Sequence record: NC_048046.1
DNA: 64,000 nt
Strand: one strand, 5' to 3'
The position numbers were made by a program, and so were the translations under genes. This document shows, in pieces, positions 8,861 through 18,035 of the stretch (position 1 is the stretch's first letter; each line of letters begins with the position of its first letter). The notes under the pieces are model-generated. The model did not search any database. It saw nothing but the letters and a program-made list of their open reading frames with translations, and was not told the DNA's origin.

Positions 8861-8915
8861 CGCCGTAGCGCCCCTACGGTTCGAAGAGCCCGGCCCCGCC
8901 GGTCCCGCCGGCTAC
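8861..8915 (-). ncRNA. Conserved non-coding element, copy 4 of 4
   Basis: Core at 8870-8896, downstream of the minus-strand box at 8933. Confidence 0.5.
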
Positions 8916-9041
8916 AGGACTCACCCTAGACCCTATTCCTTAACAAACCGTAAACGTGAAAAAGAATCTCGCGTTAACCTCTTGTTAAGAAATACCCCCT
9001 ATGGTCCTCTCGACGGCGCACCCCGCGCCCTGGAGTCTGAC

Positions 9042-9647
9042 ATGACCCTTCCGACCCTTTACCTTCGCCGCGAACCGACGTCGCAAGGCGTCCCGAACGT
9101 CGATGACTCGCCGGAGCGTTTCGACATCGTGGCCTATCGCGACAAGGCGATGACTGACGCCGCCGGCCGCTGGCCTTGGTTCTATCAGTCCAAGCCCCGC
9201 AAGGGCGCGAAAACCGTCATGCTCAATTGCATGCGTCACCGCGCCGCGTGGCGCCCCGATCATCACGGCGAAACCCCGTTCATGCTGGAAACGCGCCGCG
9301 CCATGACGGCCGCGACGATGCAAATGGACGCCCTGATTTCCCGCCTGCACGCCGAAGGCCGTAAGCTGGCGCTCGCCGGGACCGTGGCCTATTCCAAGGC
9401 GCACCCGCGCCGAACGGTGACGTTCGTTAGCGCCATGGGCTCCAATTGCCTGCACGTCACGCCGGGCGGGACGTCCTATCGCGGCGAATACCAACTGACC
9501 ACGGGCGACCATGGCGACTACCCGCCGCCGGCCTGGATGGAAGAGCTAGACCGCCTTTGCGACGACTACCGACTCGGGACGTTCCCGGATAACCTCAAGG
9601 TCGTGTGCAAGGGTGGAAAGATCATCGAGCAAGTTTCCAACTGGTAA
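9042..9647 (+). CDS. Hypothetical protein (201 aa)
   Basis: Box at 8974, CCTGGAG RBS, ATG at 9042. Confidence 0.8.
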   Translation: MTLPTLYLRREPTSQGVPNVDDSPERFDIVAYRDKAMTDAAGRWPWFYQSKPRKGAKTVMLNCMRHRAAWRPDHHGETPFMLETRRAMTAATMQMDALISRLHAEGRKLALAGTVAYSKAHPRRTVTFVSAMGSNCLHVTPGGTSYRGEYQLTTGDHGDYPPPAWMEELDRLCDDYRLGTFPDNLKVVCKGGKIIEQVSNW

Positions 9648-9713
9648 CCTTTTGTTAAGAAATAGCCGGTAGGTTCATCCCTGCCGGCGCATCCCGCGCC
9701 CCTGGAGTCGAAC

Positions 9714-10364
9714 ATGCCCCGCACCGTCACTAAGGAAGTTTTCCAGTACGACGAACTGACGCCGAAGGCCCAAGAAAAGGCCCGCGACTGGTTCCGCGAC
9801 ATGCTGGACCGCACCGCCGATAACGAATTCGCCGAACCCGTCATGGAAGAGGCCGAACGCGTCGCCGGCATGCTCGGAATCACCTTCAAGCCGACGCGCG
9901 GCGGTGATCCGGTATCGTGGTCGGGCTTCTACAGCCAAGGCGACGGCGCCAGCTTCGAGGGCCGTTACGCGGCCCCGGAAAAGCCGGCTTTCGAGACGAT
10001 CAAGGCCGAATTCCCTACGGAATTGAAGTTGCAAGCCATAGCGGCCGAACTGGACGCCTTCCAAGATCGCCACGGCCGCCGACTGGTCGCGGACATCACC
10101 CGCAACGGCCGGAGCAACTACGTTCACGCCTATACCGTCGATATCGACGTTTGCGAGCAAGACGAGGCCGCCGACGACGGACTCGTTAACGTTTCGCCGA
10201 CGACCGAAAAGGCCATCGCCGACGAACTGCGCAATTTCATGGGCTGGATTTGGGATCAACTCCGCGAAGCCTATGAAGGCGACCGCGAGGACGAAACCGT
10301 CGCCGACAATATCCGCGCCAACGAATACGAATTTGAGGCGGACGGAACCCGGACCCGCGACTAA
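9714..10364 (+). CDS. Conserved phage/plasmid hypothetical protein (216 aa; DEL..KAQEKARDW and FYSQGDGASF motifs)
   Basis: Box at 9644 and RBS. The motifs resemble a widespread mobile-element family from memory; not verified. Confidence 0.8.
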   Translation: MPRTVTKEVFQYDELTPKAQEKARDWFRDMLDRTADNEFAEPVMEEAERVAGMLGITFKPTRGGDPVSWSGFYSQGDGASFEGRYAAPEKPAFETIKAEFPTELKLQAIAAELDAFQDRHGRRLVADITRNGRSNYVHAYTVDIDVCEQDEAADDGLVNVSPTTEKAIADELRNFMGWIWDQLREAYEGDREDETVADNIRANEYEFEADGTRTRD

Positions 10365-10414
10365 CGCAACCCGGCCGGCGCTTCGGCGCCGGCCTAGCCT
10401 GGAAAGGCCCCGCA

Positions 10415-10615
10415 ATGAACATGGCTCGCAAAGAACACGCCGGAAGCTACCAAATCGGGATTTGGGGCGTTGAGCGCATCCGACGCGGCGTCTGGGAAGC
10501 CCGCGCCAACGGGCCGGGTACGCTTGGCGACGGCTCGCCGCATACGTATCCGACGCTCGACGCGGCGCACCTCGCCTTGACCGGCGAGCCCCGGCGAGAA
10601 ATTCGCGGCTCTTAA
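10415..10615 (+). CDS. Hypothetical protein (66 aa)
   Basis: Protein-like ORF whose stop lies inside the next box. Confidence 0.65.
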   Translation: MNMARKEHAGSYQIGIWGVERIRRGVWEARANGPGTLGDGSPHTYPTLDAAHLALTGEPRREIRGS

Positions 10616-10672
10616 CCTGTTGTTAAGAAATAGCCGCTAACCTCTAATCATCGAACAACGGGAGACACCCCC

Positions 10673-11245
10673 ATGATGACCAACCCTCACGCCCTGGCGA
10701 TCCTCGCCGCCGCAAACAAGATTCTTCCCCTGACGCACCTGCACCCGTGCGACCAACGCGCGCCGGCCGTCGATATCATCGGCGACCTGTTCAAGATCGC
10801 CGACGACATCGACGCCGCCGCCCCGGCTTCGGCCGTGACCCTGCCGGCCGGTAACGAGACGCTGGCGAAGCTGGGCGCCGCCGTCGCCCTGGCGCGCCTG
10901 GAACTCGAAAGCGCCTATCAGCGGACCGAAAGCATTAGCGAGCGCCACCGCCTCGCGCCGCTCATCGCCACCATGTCGGACGCCCTCAAGGCGTACCGCG
11001 CCGACCCGGCGACGCCCAAGGCTCCGGCCGCGCCCCTGCCGCACGCCTTCGCCACCATTCCGGACGGTTCGGCCCTGCAACGCGCCACCGCCGCCGGTAT
11101 CGCGATCTTTCAGGCCGAAGGCTCGACGTTCTACACGCCCGGCCCGTCCGCCAACTTCACCCGCGACGACTGGCGCGGCCCGTACTACGGCGCGGCCGAA
11201 GCCGCCCGCGCCGCCCTGGCCGAACGCAACGGGAAGGCGGCCTAA
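10673..11245 (+). CDS. Hypothetical protein (190 aa)
   Basis: Box at 10612 and GGAG RBS. Confidence 0.8.
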   Translation: MMTNPHALAILAAANKILPLTHLHPCDQRAPAVDIIGDLFKIADDIDAAAPASAVTLPAGNETLAKLGAAVALARLELESAYQRTESISERHRLAPLIATMSDALKAYRADPATPKAPAAPLPHAFATIPDGSALQRATAAGIAIFQAEGSTFYTPGPSANFTRDDWRGPYYGAAEAARAALAERNGKAA

Positions 11246-11248
11246 GCC

Positions 11249-11773
11249 ATGCTGAATCCGATCCTTCGCGAACGGCGCGAGCCGGTCGATATCGTCCTAG
11301 ACGCCCTCAAGGGCCGTATGGGCGAAGCCGACGCTTCGGAGGCCTGCGACTCCGTGTTCCTGGCCCTGCAAAACGAGGGTTACGCCGTCGCCCCCTTCAC
11401 GATTGAAGGCCGCCGCCTCACGCAAACGGATACGGGCGTCAAGCTGGGCGACGCGCTCCGGACGCTCTTCGAAGCGGTCCCGAACTACGCCGTTCGGTCG
11501 CAACGTCTCGCCGACGCCGTGAGCGTCGCTAGCGGGTACGTCTATCAACCCCGGTATCGCTTCCTCGCCGACGACGGCACGGGCGCGGCGATCCTGACCA
11601 ACTGCGACGACGGCCGGAGCGTTTATTTCCAGCCCGGCCCGGACGCCGACGAGGCCCGCGCCGAATTCGAGCGTTCGCAGTACACCGACGAGACGGCCGA
11701 AGGCTTCGGCGTCGCCGGCCTCTGGCGCGCCAAGGCCGCCGCCTATTTCAATGACGATCCGGAAGGGCTCTAG
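11249..11773 (+). CDS. Hypothetical protein (174 aa)
   Basis: Operonic spacing. Confidence 0.8.
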   Translation: MLNPILRERREPVDIVLDALKGRMGEADASEACDSVFLALQNEGYAVAPFTIEGRRLTQTDTGVKLGDALRTLFEAVPNYAVRSQRLADAVSVASGYVYQPRYRFLADDGTGAAILTNCDDGRSVYFQPGPDADEARAEFERSQYTDETAEGFGVAGLWRAKAAAYFNDDPEGL

Positions 11774-11776
11774 CCG

Positions 11777-12256
11777 ATGAGCTACGACACGAAGACTCTC
11801 GCCGCGCAAACGATCATCGACGCGCACACCGCCGGCCGTGGCCTGGAGGAAGGCCAAAGTCGGGCAACCGACCTCTACCACGTTCTCGACTCGCTGCTGA
11901 CGTGGAGCGACTTCCACGGCGTGGACTTTGACGCCACGCTTTCGGAGCTACGCGCCGACCTCGCCGAAGAGCCGCCTTGCGCCGGCAATGTCGGCCGGGT
12001 CGTCATCACGCTGGAAACCGGCGAAGGCGCCCGCGAGGAATTCGTGTCGCGTCACTACACGATTGCCGAAGCCGTCGCCGCCCTGGATGGCCCCGGTATC
12101 GACGCCAAGGCCCGGCATGAGGGCCGTTACACAATCGCCGCGCCGCACGGGCTGGGCTCGGACCTTGAAGCCGTCCCCCTGGCGCGCAAGCTGGGCTATC
12201 AGGGCAAGGATTGCCCCGCCGCCGCCTTCGCCTTCCTCTCTACCCGGATTCCCTGA
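11777..12256 (+). CDS. Hypothetical protein (159 aa)
   Basis: Operonic spacing. Confidence 0.8.
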   Translation: MSYDTKTLAAQTIIDAHTAGRGLEEGQSRATDLYHVLDSLLTWSDFHGVDFDATLSELRADLAEEPPCAGNVGRVVITLETGEGAREEFVSRHYTIAEAVAALDGPGIDAKARHEGRYTIAAPHGLGSDLEAVPLARKLGYQGKDCPAAAFAFLSTRIP

Positions 12257-12258
12257 TC

Positions 12259-12699
12259 ATGGCCAAGCGCAAGCCCTACACCCCGAACCCGTTCGCCCGC
12301 TACAGCGTCGGCGGCCTCTCCGCCGAAGCCAAGGCCGCCCGCCGGCCTTCCCTGGCCTGCCTTCGCGCCATCGTCCGGGAAGCCGCCGCGCTAAAGGCCG
12401 AAGCCGTGGCGCGCCTCGCTGATCAACGGTGGATGCGCGGCGCCTCGCTCATGGCGCAAAGCTGGACCCGTGACAACGCGGCGATGAGCGTTCACGCCCT
12501 AGCCCGGAAGAACCTCGAATATCTCCGGATGCGAGCGCACCTCACGGTTTCGCCAGAGCGGGCCGGCTCCTACGCGCCCGCCGGCTGGCCTATCGACCGC
12601 CCGGCCCTGGAAAAGTGGCAAGCCCTCAACCCGCCGCCCCCGGCCCGTGACTATGACTCGCTCATCGGCCGCGCCGCCCGCGCCTCCGGCTGGGCTTAA
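12259..12699 (+). CDS. Hypothetical basic protein (146 aa)
   Basis: ATG 2 nt after the previous stop. Confidence 0.75.
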   Translation: MAKRKPYTPNPFARYSVGGLSAEAKAARRPSLACLRAIVREAAALKAEAVARLADQRWMRGASLMAQSWTRDNAAMSVHALARKNLEYLRMRAHLTVSPERAGSYAPAGWPIDRPALEKWQALNPPPPARDYDSLIGRAARASGWA

Positions 12700-12712
12700 G
12701 GAAAGGATTCCC

Positions 12713-13000
12713 ATGTCGGACCTGATCAAGCTCAACCCCGAACCCGCCAACATGACCGCCGTCAAGCTGGGCGCCGTCATCCTGTATTTCAGCTATCAGA
12801 CCCTTGTCGGGTTCCGTTGCCCGCATCTGGGCACGGTGTCCAATCCGGACGGCAAGGGCTACGGCCGAACGACCGCCGGCCACATGACGAAATTCGGCCT
12901 CGCCAGCGCTCGGACCACGGCGACGGAATCGGATTTCCAGACGCTCGCGCTTCGGGCCGTTCAAGGCCACGTCCGCGACATCGGCGAATTGCTGATCTAG
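12713..13000 (+). CDS. Hypothetical protein (95 aa)
   Basis: AAGGA RBS; ATG at 12713. Confidence 0.75.
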   Translation: MSDLIKLNPEPANMTAVKLGAVILYFSYQTLVGFRCPHLGTVSNPDGKGYGRTTAGHMTKFGLASARTTATESDFQTLALRAVQGHVRDIGELLI

Positions 13001-13014
13001 TCGCGCCCGTTCAA

Positions 13015-13115
13015 GAGTCACGTTTCAGGCCTAACCTGACTCCAACAGAGTCACATTTTCCCGAAACCGTGACTCCGCCTCGATTTCCCGTCACGTTCTG
13101 GTCTAAACGTGACTC
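13015..13115. repeat. Three tandem 28-bp palindromes, consensus GAGTCACGTTT-N6-AAACGTGACTC
   Basis: Copies at 13015-13042, 13048-13075 and 13088-13115. Confidence 0.85.
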
Positions 13116-13306
13116 GTCCTAGTTCCTCAGTAAAAACAAGGAGTTATCTTGCGCTTCATCGAACACATGCTTGAAGGTTCCGGCGTCCTTTTCGCAATCG
13201 TCATCCTTTTCCTGCTGCATTAACCTCTTGTTAAGAAATAGCGGGTAGAGGTAGAGGGGTCAGGCGCACACCGCGCCGGCCCCTCTTTCTGTTGGAGCGC
13301 AGACCA

Positions 13307-13798
13307 ATGCCCGACTACAAGACGAACGACCCCAAGGGCTACATGGGCGACCCCCGCCGGGGCGCCGCCATGGGCCGTCCGACCTACGCGCCGGACGCCG
13401 CCGGCTGGACCGTGGAAGGCCTGAAGACGGCCGCCGCCCTCGAAGAGGACCGCGCCCGGATCGCCGAAGAGCAACGCGAGAACCGCCCCGGCGACGGCTA
13501 TAAGCGCCAGTGCTGGGAAGCCGCCGCCGCGTCGTTCCGCAAGGAAGCCGAACGCCTCCGCTCGCTCATCCCGGCCGCCCGCGCCATGCTCGCCGCCTCG
13601 CCGAAGATCACCCTTCAACGCGTCCGCCTGGACTCGGGCGGCTACGACCGCAACGGGACCTATTTCGGGCATGACCTCCCCCTGTATTGGGCGGCGGACG
13701 AATCCGGCGACTATGACGCGACGTTCCGCGCCGCCGACCGCAACGCGGCGAAGGCCATCGTTCGCGAGACGTACCCCGCCGCCCGCTTCTACAACTAG
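13307..13798 (+). CDS. Hypothetical protein (163 aa; GGYDRNGTYFG motif)
   Basis: Box at 13220 and GGAG RBS. Confidence 0.8.
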   Translation: MPDYKTNDPKGYMGDPRRGAAMGRPTYAPDAAGWTVEGLKTAAALEEDRARIAEEQRENRPGDGYKRQCWEAAAASFRKEAERLRSLIPAARAMLAASPKITLQRVRLDSGGYDRNGTYFGHDLPLYWAADESGDYDATFRAADRNAAKAIVRETYPAARFYN

Positions 13799-13875
13799 CC
13801 GGCGTTAAGGGGTTGTTAAGAAATAGCCGGTAGGGTCACACCTACCGGCGCACCCCGCGCCCTGGAGAAAATCGG

Positions 13876-14724
13876 ATGACCTCGCAACTCTGCATCGCCG
13901 ACGAAAACGCCGCCCTGGATTTCCTGGCGCGCGCCGTCCCCGCCCTCTGTGACGCCGGCATTATGCCGCCGACGCTGGATATTCTGGATTCGCTCGCCGC
14001 CAACCCGAACGCGTACGGTCTTAGCCGCGTCCCGGCCCTGGCGCCGCTCGCCGCCGAATGGGCCGGACCGTATCAGACGCAAGCGAATGACGGCGAAGGT
14101 CCGACCACGGTCCGGGCGCTGATCGTCGCCGCGCTGGGCGCCGATGAGTCCGGCAACTTCGATATCGGGTTCCGCACCTACGCCGTGAACGACTCGGAAC
14201 ACTGGAATCTTGCCGGGACTCCTCTGGAGGGCGTGCCGGCCTATAGCCTGTATCTGATCCGCGAAGGCGAGCAAACTTACATGTGCTCGCTCACGCCATC
14301 GAGCTACGCCTATGGGATTCAGAACGTGTTCCTCTATCCCGATCAAGACGGCTTGCCGGCTGTCAATGAATACGGGCAAACGGCGGTTGAAGCGTATATG
14401 GACGCCGAAAACCCCGAATATGAGGGCGTCGAAGATACCTATTTCGGGTATATGGGCGACCGCGCCGCATTCGACCGCCGCGAAGCCGAAGAGGGCGACG
14501 TTTCAGAGCGCCTTAGCTTCGATAAGTCGGTTTTCCGTGTGGACCTCTCCACGCTGGACGGGTTCGCCGCGTCGCCGGCCAATCCCCGCGAAACGACCGC
14601 GTTCGCCGACTTCGAAACCCTCGCCGCCGCCTTCTACAAGGCCGCGTGCGACTCGGCTTGGGAGGACGCGAAGGAATACGTTAGCGGCAACGCTACCGAA
14701 CCGCGCATTTTAACGGGTTGTTAA
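13876..14724 (+). CDS. Hypothetical acidic protein (282 aa)
   Basis: Box at 13805 and CCTGGAG RBS. Confidence 0.85.
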   Translation: MTSQLCIADENAALDFLARAVPALCDAGIMPPTLDILDSLAANPNAYGLSRVPALAPLAAEWAGPYQTQANDGEGPTTVRALIVAALGADESGNFDIGFRTYAVNDSEHWNLAGTPLEGVPAYSLYLIREGEQTYMCSLTPSSYAYGIQNVFLYPDQDGLPAVNEYGQTAVEAYMDAENPEYEGVEDTYFGYMGDRAAFDRREAEEGDVSERLSFDKSVFRVDLSTLDGFAASPANPRETTAFADFETLAAAFYKAACDSAWEDAKEYVSGNATEPRILTGC

Positions 14725-14788
14725 GAAATAGCCTGTAGGTTCTCCCCATGGGCGGCGGATCGGCCGCCGCCCGACCGGAGCGCCAGAC

Positions 14789-15001
14789 ATGGCTATCTCG
14801 ACCGCCGCCCTTAACGCTCACGTCGCCGAAGTGGCGGAATGTGAGTCCGACCTGAACGAAGCCTTTGAGGCTTTCGACCGGGGCGAAGCGCCCGACCGTG
14901 GCGACTGCGATTATGCGTTTCTGAAGCTGGAAACGGCGGAAATGCACCTCGCGCAATTCCTGGCGCCGGTCTTGGCGTCGCCGATCTTTGTTCACGCCTA
15001 G
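14789..15001 (+). CDS. Hypothetical acidic protein (70 aa)
   Basis: Box at 14710, hairpin and RBS. Confidence 0.75.
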   Translation: MAISTAALNAHVAEVAECESDLNEAFEAFDRGEAPDRGDCDYAFLKLETAEMHLAQFLAPVLASPIFVHA

Positions 15002-15012
15002 GAGGGCCTGAC

Positions 15013-15228
15013 ATGTCCAAGCGTCCTGACTTCACCGGCCGGCTTCCCGTCCGCGACGACGTGCAAACGGTGACGTGTCACCGCCCGCCGACGCGCTCGG
15101 AAATCAACTTCGGCCACGGCGCGACGCATTACCGGGATTTCCCGGTTGCGGCCGTGTGCTGGGCGGGAACCCGGTTCAAGAAAACGTGGTTCGTCGCTGA
15201 CGACGGGCTTCGCTACTACACGTCTTAA
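15013..15228 (+). CDS. Hypothetical protein (71 aa)
   Basis: GGAGG RBS. Confidence 0.75.
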   Translation: MSKRPDFTGRLPVRDDVQTVTCHRPPTRSEINFGHGATHYRDFPVAAVCWAGTRFKKTWFVADDGLRYYTS

Positions 15229-15305
15229 CCTCTTGTTAAGAAATAGGCCCTATGGTCTATTTCGAGGGCGGCGGATCGGCCGCCGCCCGAACCGGAGTAG
15301 ACGCG

Positions 15306-15737
15306 ATGTCCGCCCGCTTTCAAACCGCCGCCGCCGCCCGTCAATTCATGCTCGGCGGTAACGCCGTGGTCACGCTGCAAAGCGAAAAGACCGGCGCGCG
15401 CTTCACCTACAAAATCAAGGCCGCCCCTGACGGTGCGGTGTCGTTCGTTAAGCTCCTGACGGGTCAGGACAACGAATCGGATTACGCCTATATCGGGTTG
15501 ATCCGGGGCGCTCAATTCGCCCGGACGGCTAAGGCTCGCGTCACCGCCGACGCCCCTAGCGTCAAGGCCCTGGAATGGGCCTGGAAGGCGCTAAGCGCGG
15601 ATCGCTTGCCCGATACCCTGGCGATCTTCCATGAGGGCCGTTGCGGGCGCTGCAATCGCCTCCTGACGGTCCCCGAGTCCATCGAGTCGGGCTTCGGCCC
15701 GGAATGCGCCGGCCGCGTCCTGCGCCAAGCCGCCTAA
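15306..15737 (+). CDS. DUF6011-like zinc-finger protein (143 aa)
   Basis: C-terminal GRCGRCNRLLTVPESIESGFGPEC motif. Confidence 0.75.
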   Translation: MSARFQTAAAARQFMLGGNAVVTLQSEKTGARFTYKIKAAPDGAVSFVKLLTGQDNESDYAYIGLIRGAQFARTAKARVTADAPSVKALEWAWKALSADRLPDTLAIFHEGRCGRCNRLLTVPESIESGFGPECAGRVLRQAA

Positions 15738-15783
15738 CCTCAACGGGCGGGCCTCGCGCCCGCCCAAGCCCTGGAGTCCTGCC

Positions 15784-16014
15784 GTGGCCTATTATCCGCC
15801 CGTCAAAGGTCAAGTTCACCGTTTCCGCGACTCGGTCGCCCTGTACGTCGGGACCGGCGAGACGGTTTACGTTTCCGCCGCCGACGCTCGCAAGATCGCC
15901 CGCGCCCTGAACAAGGCCGCCAAGTCCTGCACCTCGGAGCCGTTCGCCCAAAGCTCCGGCCTGACGTTCTCGTTTTCGTTCGCGGACGGTCGGGAAAAAG
16001 ACCTTCCGCGTTAA
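15784..16014 (+). CDS. Hypothetical protein (76 aa)
   Basis: CCTGGAG RBS; GTG start. Confidence 0.75.
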   Translation: MAYYPPVKGQVHRFRDSVALYVGTGETVYVSAADARKIARALNKAAKSCTSEPFAQSSGLTFSFSFADGREKDLPR

Positions 16015-16093
16015 CTTGTTGTTAAGAAATGCCGTCTAGGGTGACGGCATGGGGCGGTGGATCGGCCGTCGCCCTAGCCTGGAGCGAAAGCCC

Positions 16094-16393
16094 ATGACCA
16101 AGACCAAGCGCCCCGCCGGCTACTACTCGAAAGCCGCCCGCGAAGCCCGCGCCCTGGCTCGCCAGCGCCGCGCCGCCGCCCGCCTCAACTGGTCGGACGA
16201 AAAGCGCCACAAGATGGCGACCAAGTCCGCCAAGTTCTTCGCCAAACACGCGGCCCGCGCCGCCCTGGCGGGGAACGAGAAAGAAACCCGCCGCCTATCG
16301 GTTCACATGACCCGATTCGACAACGTGCGCCGCATGGTCGGCGCCGTGTTGGCGGTCCGCGCCGCTCGCTTCCGCATCGAGGCCGCCGCGTAA
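16094..16393 (+). CDS. Hypothetical Arg/Ala-rich basic protein (99 aa)
   Basis: Box at 16011 and CCTGGAG RBS. Confidence 0.7.
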   Translation: MTKTKRPAGYYSKAAREARALARQRRAAARLNWSDEKRHKMATKSAKFFAKHAARAALAGNEKETRRLSVHMTRFDNVRRMVGAVLAVRAARFRIEAAA

Positions 16394-16425
16394 GGCGGCC
16401 TCACAACCCCTAGAAAGGACACCTC

Positions 16426-16623
16426 TTGAAACACGCCTCCGAAGCGCTCGCCGTCGTCGCCGTGTGCGGACTCCTGGCCTTTTGGCTCTGGAATGACTCG
16501 CATCCGGTCATGGTCGCCGTGGGCCTGGACTGTCAGGGCGAAACCGTCCGCGTCTACGGCGCCGACGACGCCCCGGAAGCCTCCAAGGTCTGCCGGACCG
16601 TGGAAATCCACAAGGTCCCCTAG
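16426..16623 (+). CDS. Small membrane/exported protein (65 aa)
   Basis: AAGGA RBS; N-terminal hydrophobic helix. Confidence 0.65.
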   Translation: MKHASEALAVVAVCGLLAFWLWNDSHPVMVAVGLDCQGETVRVYGADDAPEASKVCRTVEIHKVP

Positions 16624-16716
16624 AAAGTTCGGCCTCTTAACCTCTTGTTAAGAAATGGCCTCTAGGGTGACTACATGGGCGGCGGATCGGCCGCCGCCCG
16701 AACCGGGAAAATCAAG

Positions 16717-17097
16717 ATGACCCGTCAAGCTAAGCCCTTCGCTCACCTGAAGCCCAAGACCGGCGAAACCAAGGCGCAAGCCTTGATCCGACTCGGTGAT
16801 TTCTCGCGCTTCGGCATTATGGCCCAACTGCTGATCATGGAAGCTCTCGGCCGCAAGTTCGGCGCTATCGAGTACGGCCCCCGTGATACGAACATGGGCA
16901 AGCTCAAGCAATTCCTGAAGGCCGCCCCGAACGACACCGTTGCGGCCGTGGAAGAGTACGCCGGCGCCGTCGCCGCTATGGGCCTGGAAAAGGTCCGCGA
17001 ACAATTCAAGGGCGGCGCGGGCGCGCTGATCCACCCCGACTCCTGGCATGGCGTGGCGGTGGAAATCAAAACCGCCCTCGACGCCGCCAAGGCCTAA
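16717..17097 (+). CDS. Hypothetical protein (126 aa)
   Basis: Box at 16637 and leader hairpin. Confidence 0.75.
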   Translation: MTRQAKPFAHLKPKTGETKAQALIRLGDFSRFGIMAQLLIMEALGRKFGAIEYGPRDTNMGKLKQFLKAAPNDTVAAVEEYAGAVAAMGLEKVREQFKGGAGALIHPDSWHGVAVEIKTALDAAKA

Positions 17098-17169
17098 CCC
17101 TTCCCCTGTAGAGCGTACCGGGGCGGCGGATCGGCCGCCGCCCAAACCCCTAGGACTGGAGTCCTTCAC

Positions 17170-17364
17170 ATGTCCCGTTCGTTCCGTCACTCCGCCGCCT
17201 TCGAAGATACCCGCGCCGAATTCGCCGCCCGGAAGAACGCCCGCGAAAGCCGCCGCCGCGAATTCGAATCCATGGGATTCGATAACGCCGACGCCCTGGC
17301 CGTGCGCCGCTTCCATCGCCCCTACAAGGGCCGGAATCGGTCGGTCCTGGACATCGAAGCCTAG
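17170..17364 (+). CDS. Hypothetical protein (64 aa)
   Basis: Leader hairpin and CTGGAG RBS. Confidence 0.7.
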   Translation: MSRSFRHSAAFEDTRAEFAARKNARESRRREFESMGFDNADALAVRRFHRPYKGRNRSVLDIEA

Positions 17365-17459
17365 GCCCGGAAACGGCCCTTCTAGAGCCCCTACAGAAGG
17401 CCCGCCCTAATCGGCGGGCCTTTACTGTTTGGTAAGACCTTCCCCGCTAGAGTGTGTGC

Positions 17460-17672
17460 ATGGACAAGCCCGCTCTCTTCGAAGTCACCACGCGCCACGC
17501 CGACGGATCGGCTACCCGTGGGATCGTCCCCGCCGCTCTGGTCAAGACGGCCTATGCGCAAGCGCTGCGCAAGGCCTGGAAGGCTAAGGCGGGCGACCTC
17601 GTGACCGTGCTCCCCTACGGGGTGGCCCTGCCGAATACCCCTGCCCAAAGCGAAAGGCTTTTCTCGCTTTAA
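17460..17672 (+). CDS. Hypothetical protein (70 aa)
   Basis: Protein-like ORF; stop lies inside the next box. Confidence 0.65.
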   Translation: MDKPALFEVTTRHADGSATRGIVPAALVKTAYAQALRKAWKAKAGDLVTVLPYGVALPNTPAQSERLFSL

Positions 17673-17731
17673 CCTTTTGTTAAGAAATGGCCTGTAGGGT
17701 ACACCCATAGGCAACCCCTGGAGCTACCCCG

Positions 17732-17935
17732 ATGACCCTGCATCACACCCTCATGGAAGCCCTGGACACGGCCCAGATGAACGGCGCTACGGTCGACCCC
17801 CTGCATGCGGACATCCGCCGCGCCCTGCGCCTTGCCCAGATGGCGGGCGCTACGCTGGACACCCCGGAAGAGGTGGCCGCCGCTGTGCTGCGCATGAAGG
17901 TTGCGCAGTCGATGAACCGCCGTCGCAAGGCCTAG
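17732..17935 (+). CDS. Hypothetical protein (67 aa)
   Basis: Box at 17669 and CCTGGAG RBS. Confidence 0.75.
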   Translation: MTLHHTLMEALDTAQMNGATVDPLHADIRRALRLAQMAGATLDTPEEVAAAVLRMKVAQSMNRRRKA

Positions 17936-18035
17936 GAAGAAAGGCGTTCGCGTTTACCTCTTGTTAAGAAATAGGGGGTAATGTCTCTACATGGGCGGCG
18001 GACATCCCCGCCGCCCGAACCTCGGAGCCCCTGCC

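Larger units (their letters stand above)
1931..17974. promoter_or_regulatory. 25 copies of a CtrA-type box/early promoter TT(A/T)A-C-N4-TG-TTAA-GAAAT
   Basis: Plus-strand copies at about 2996, 3470, 4027, 4713, 5213, 5700, 6068, 6201, 6713, 8019, 8974, 9644, 10612, 13220, 13805, 14710, 15225, 16011, 16637, 17669 and 17953. Minus-strand copies at about 1931, 2955, 3987 and 8933. They match the Caulobacter CtrA consensus TTAA-N7-TTAA and most are followed about 5-6 nt later by a (C/G)TAG -10-like motif. Confidence 0.85.

Noticed and set aside
13015-13115. CRISPR mini-array
   Set aside because: The gaps between the 28-bp palindromes are only 5 and 12 bp, and no cas genes are present.
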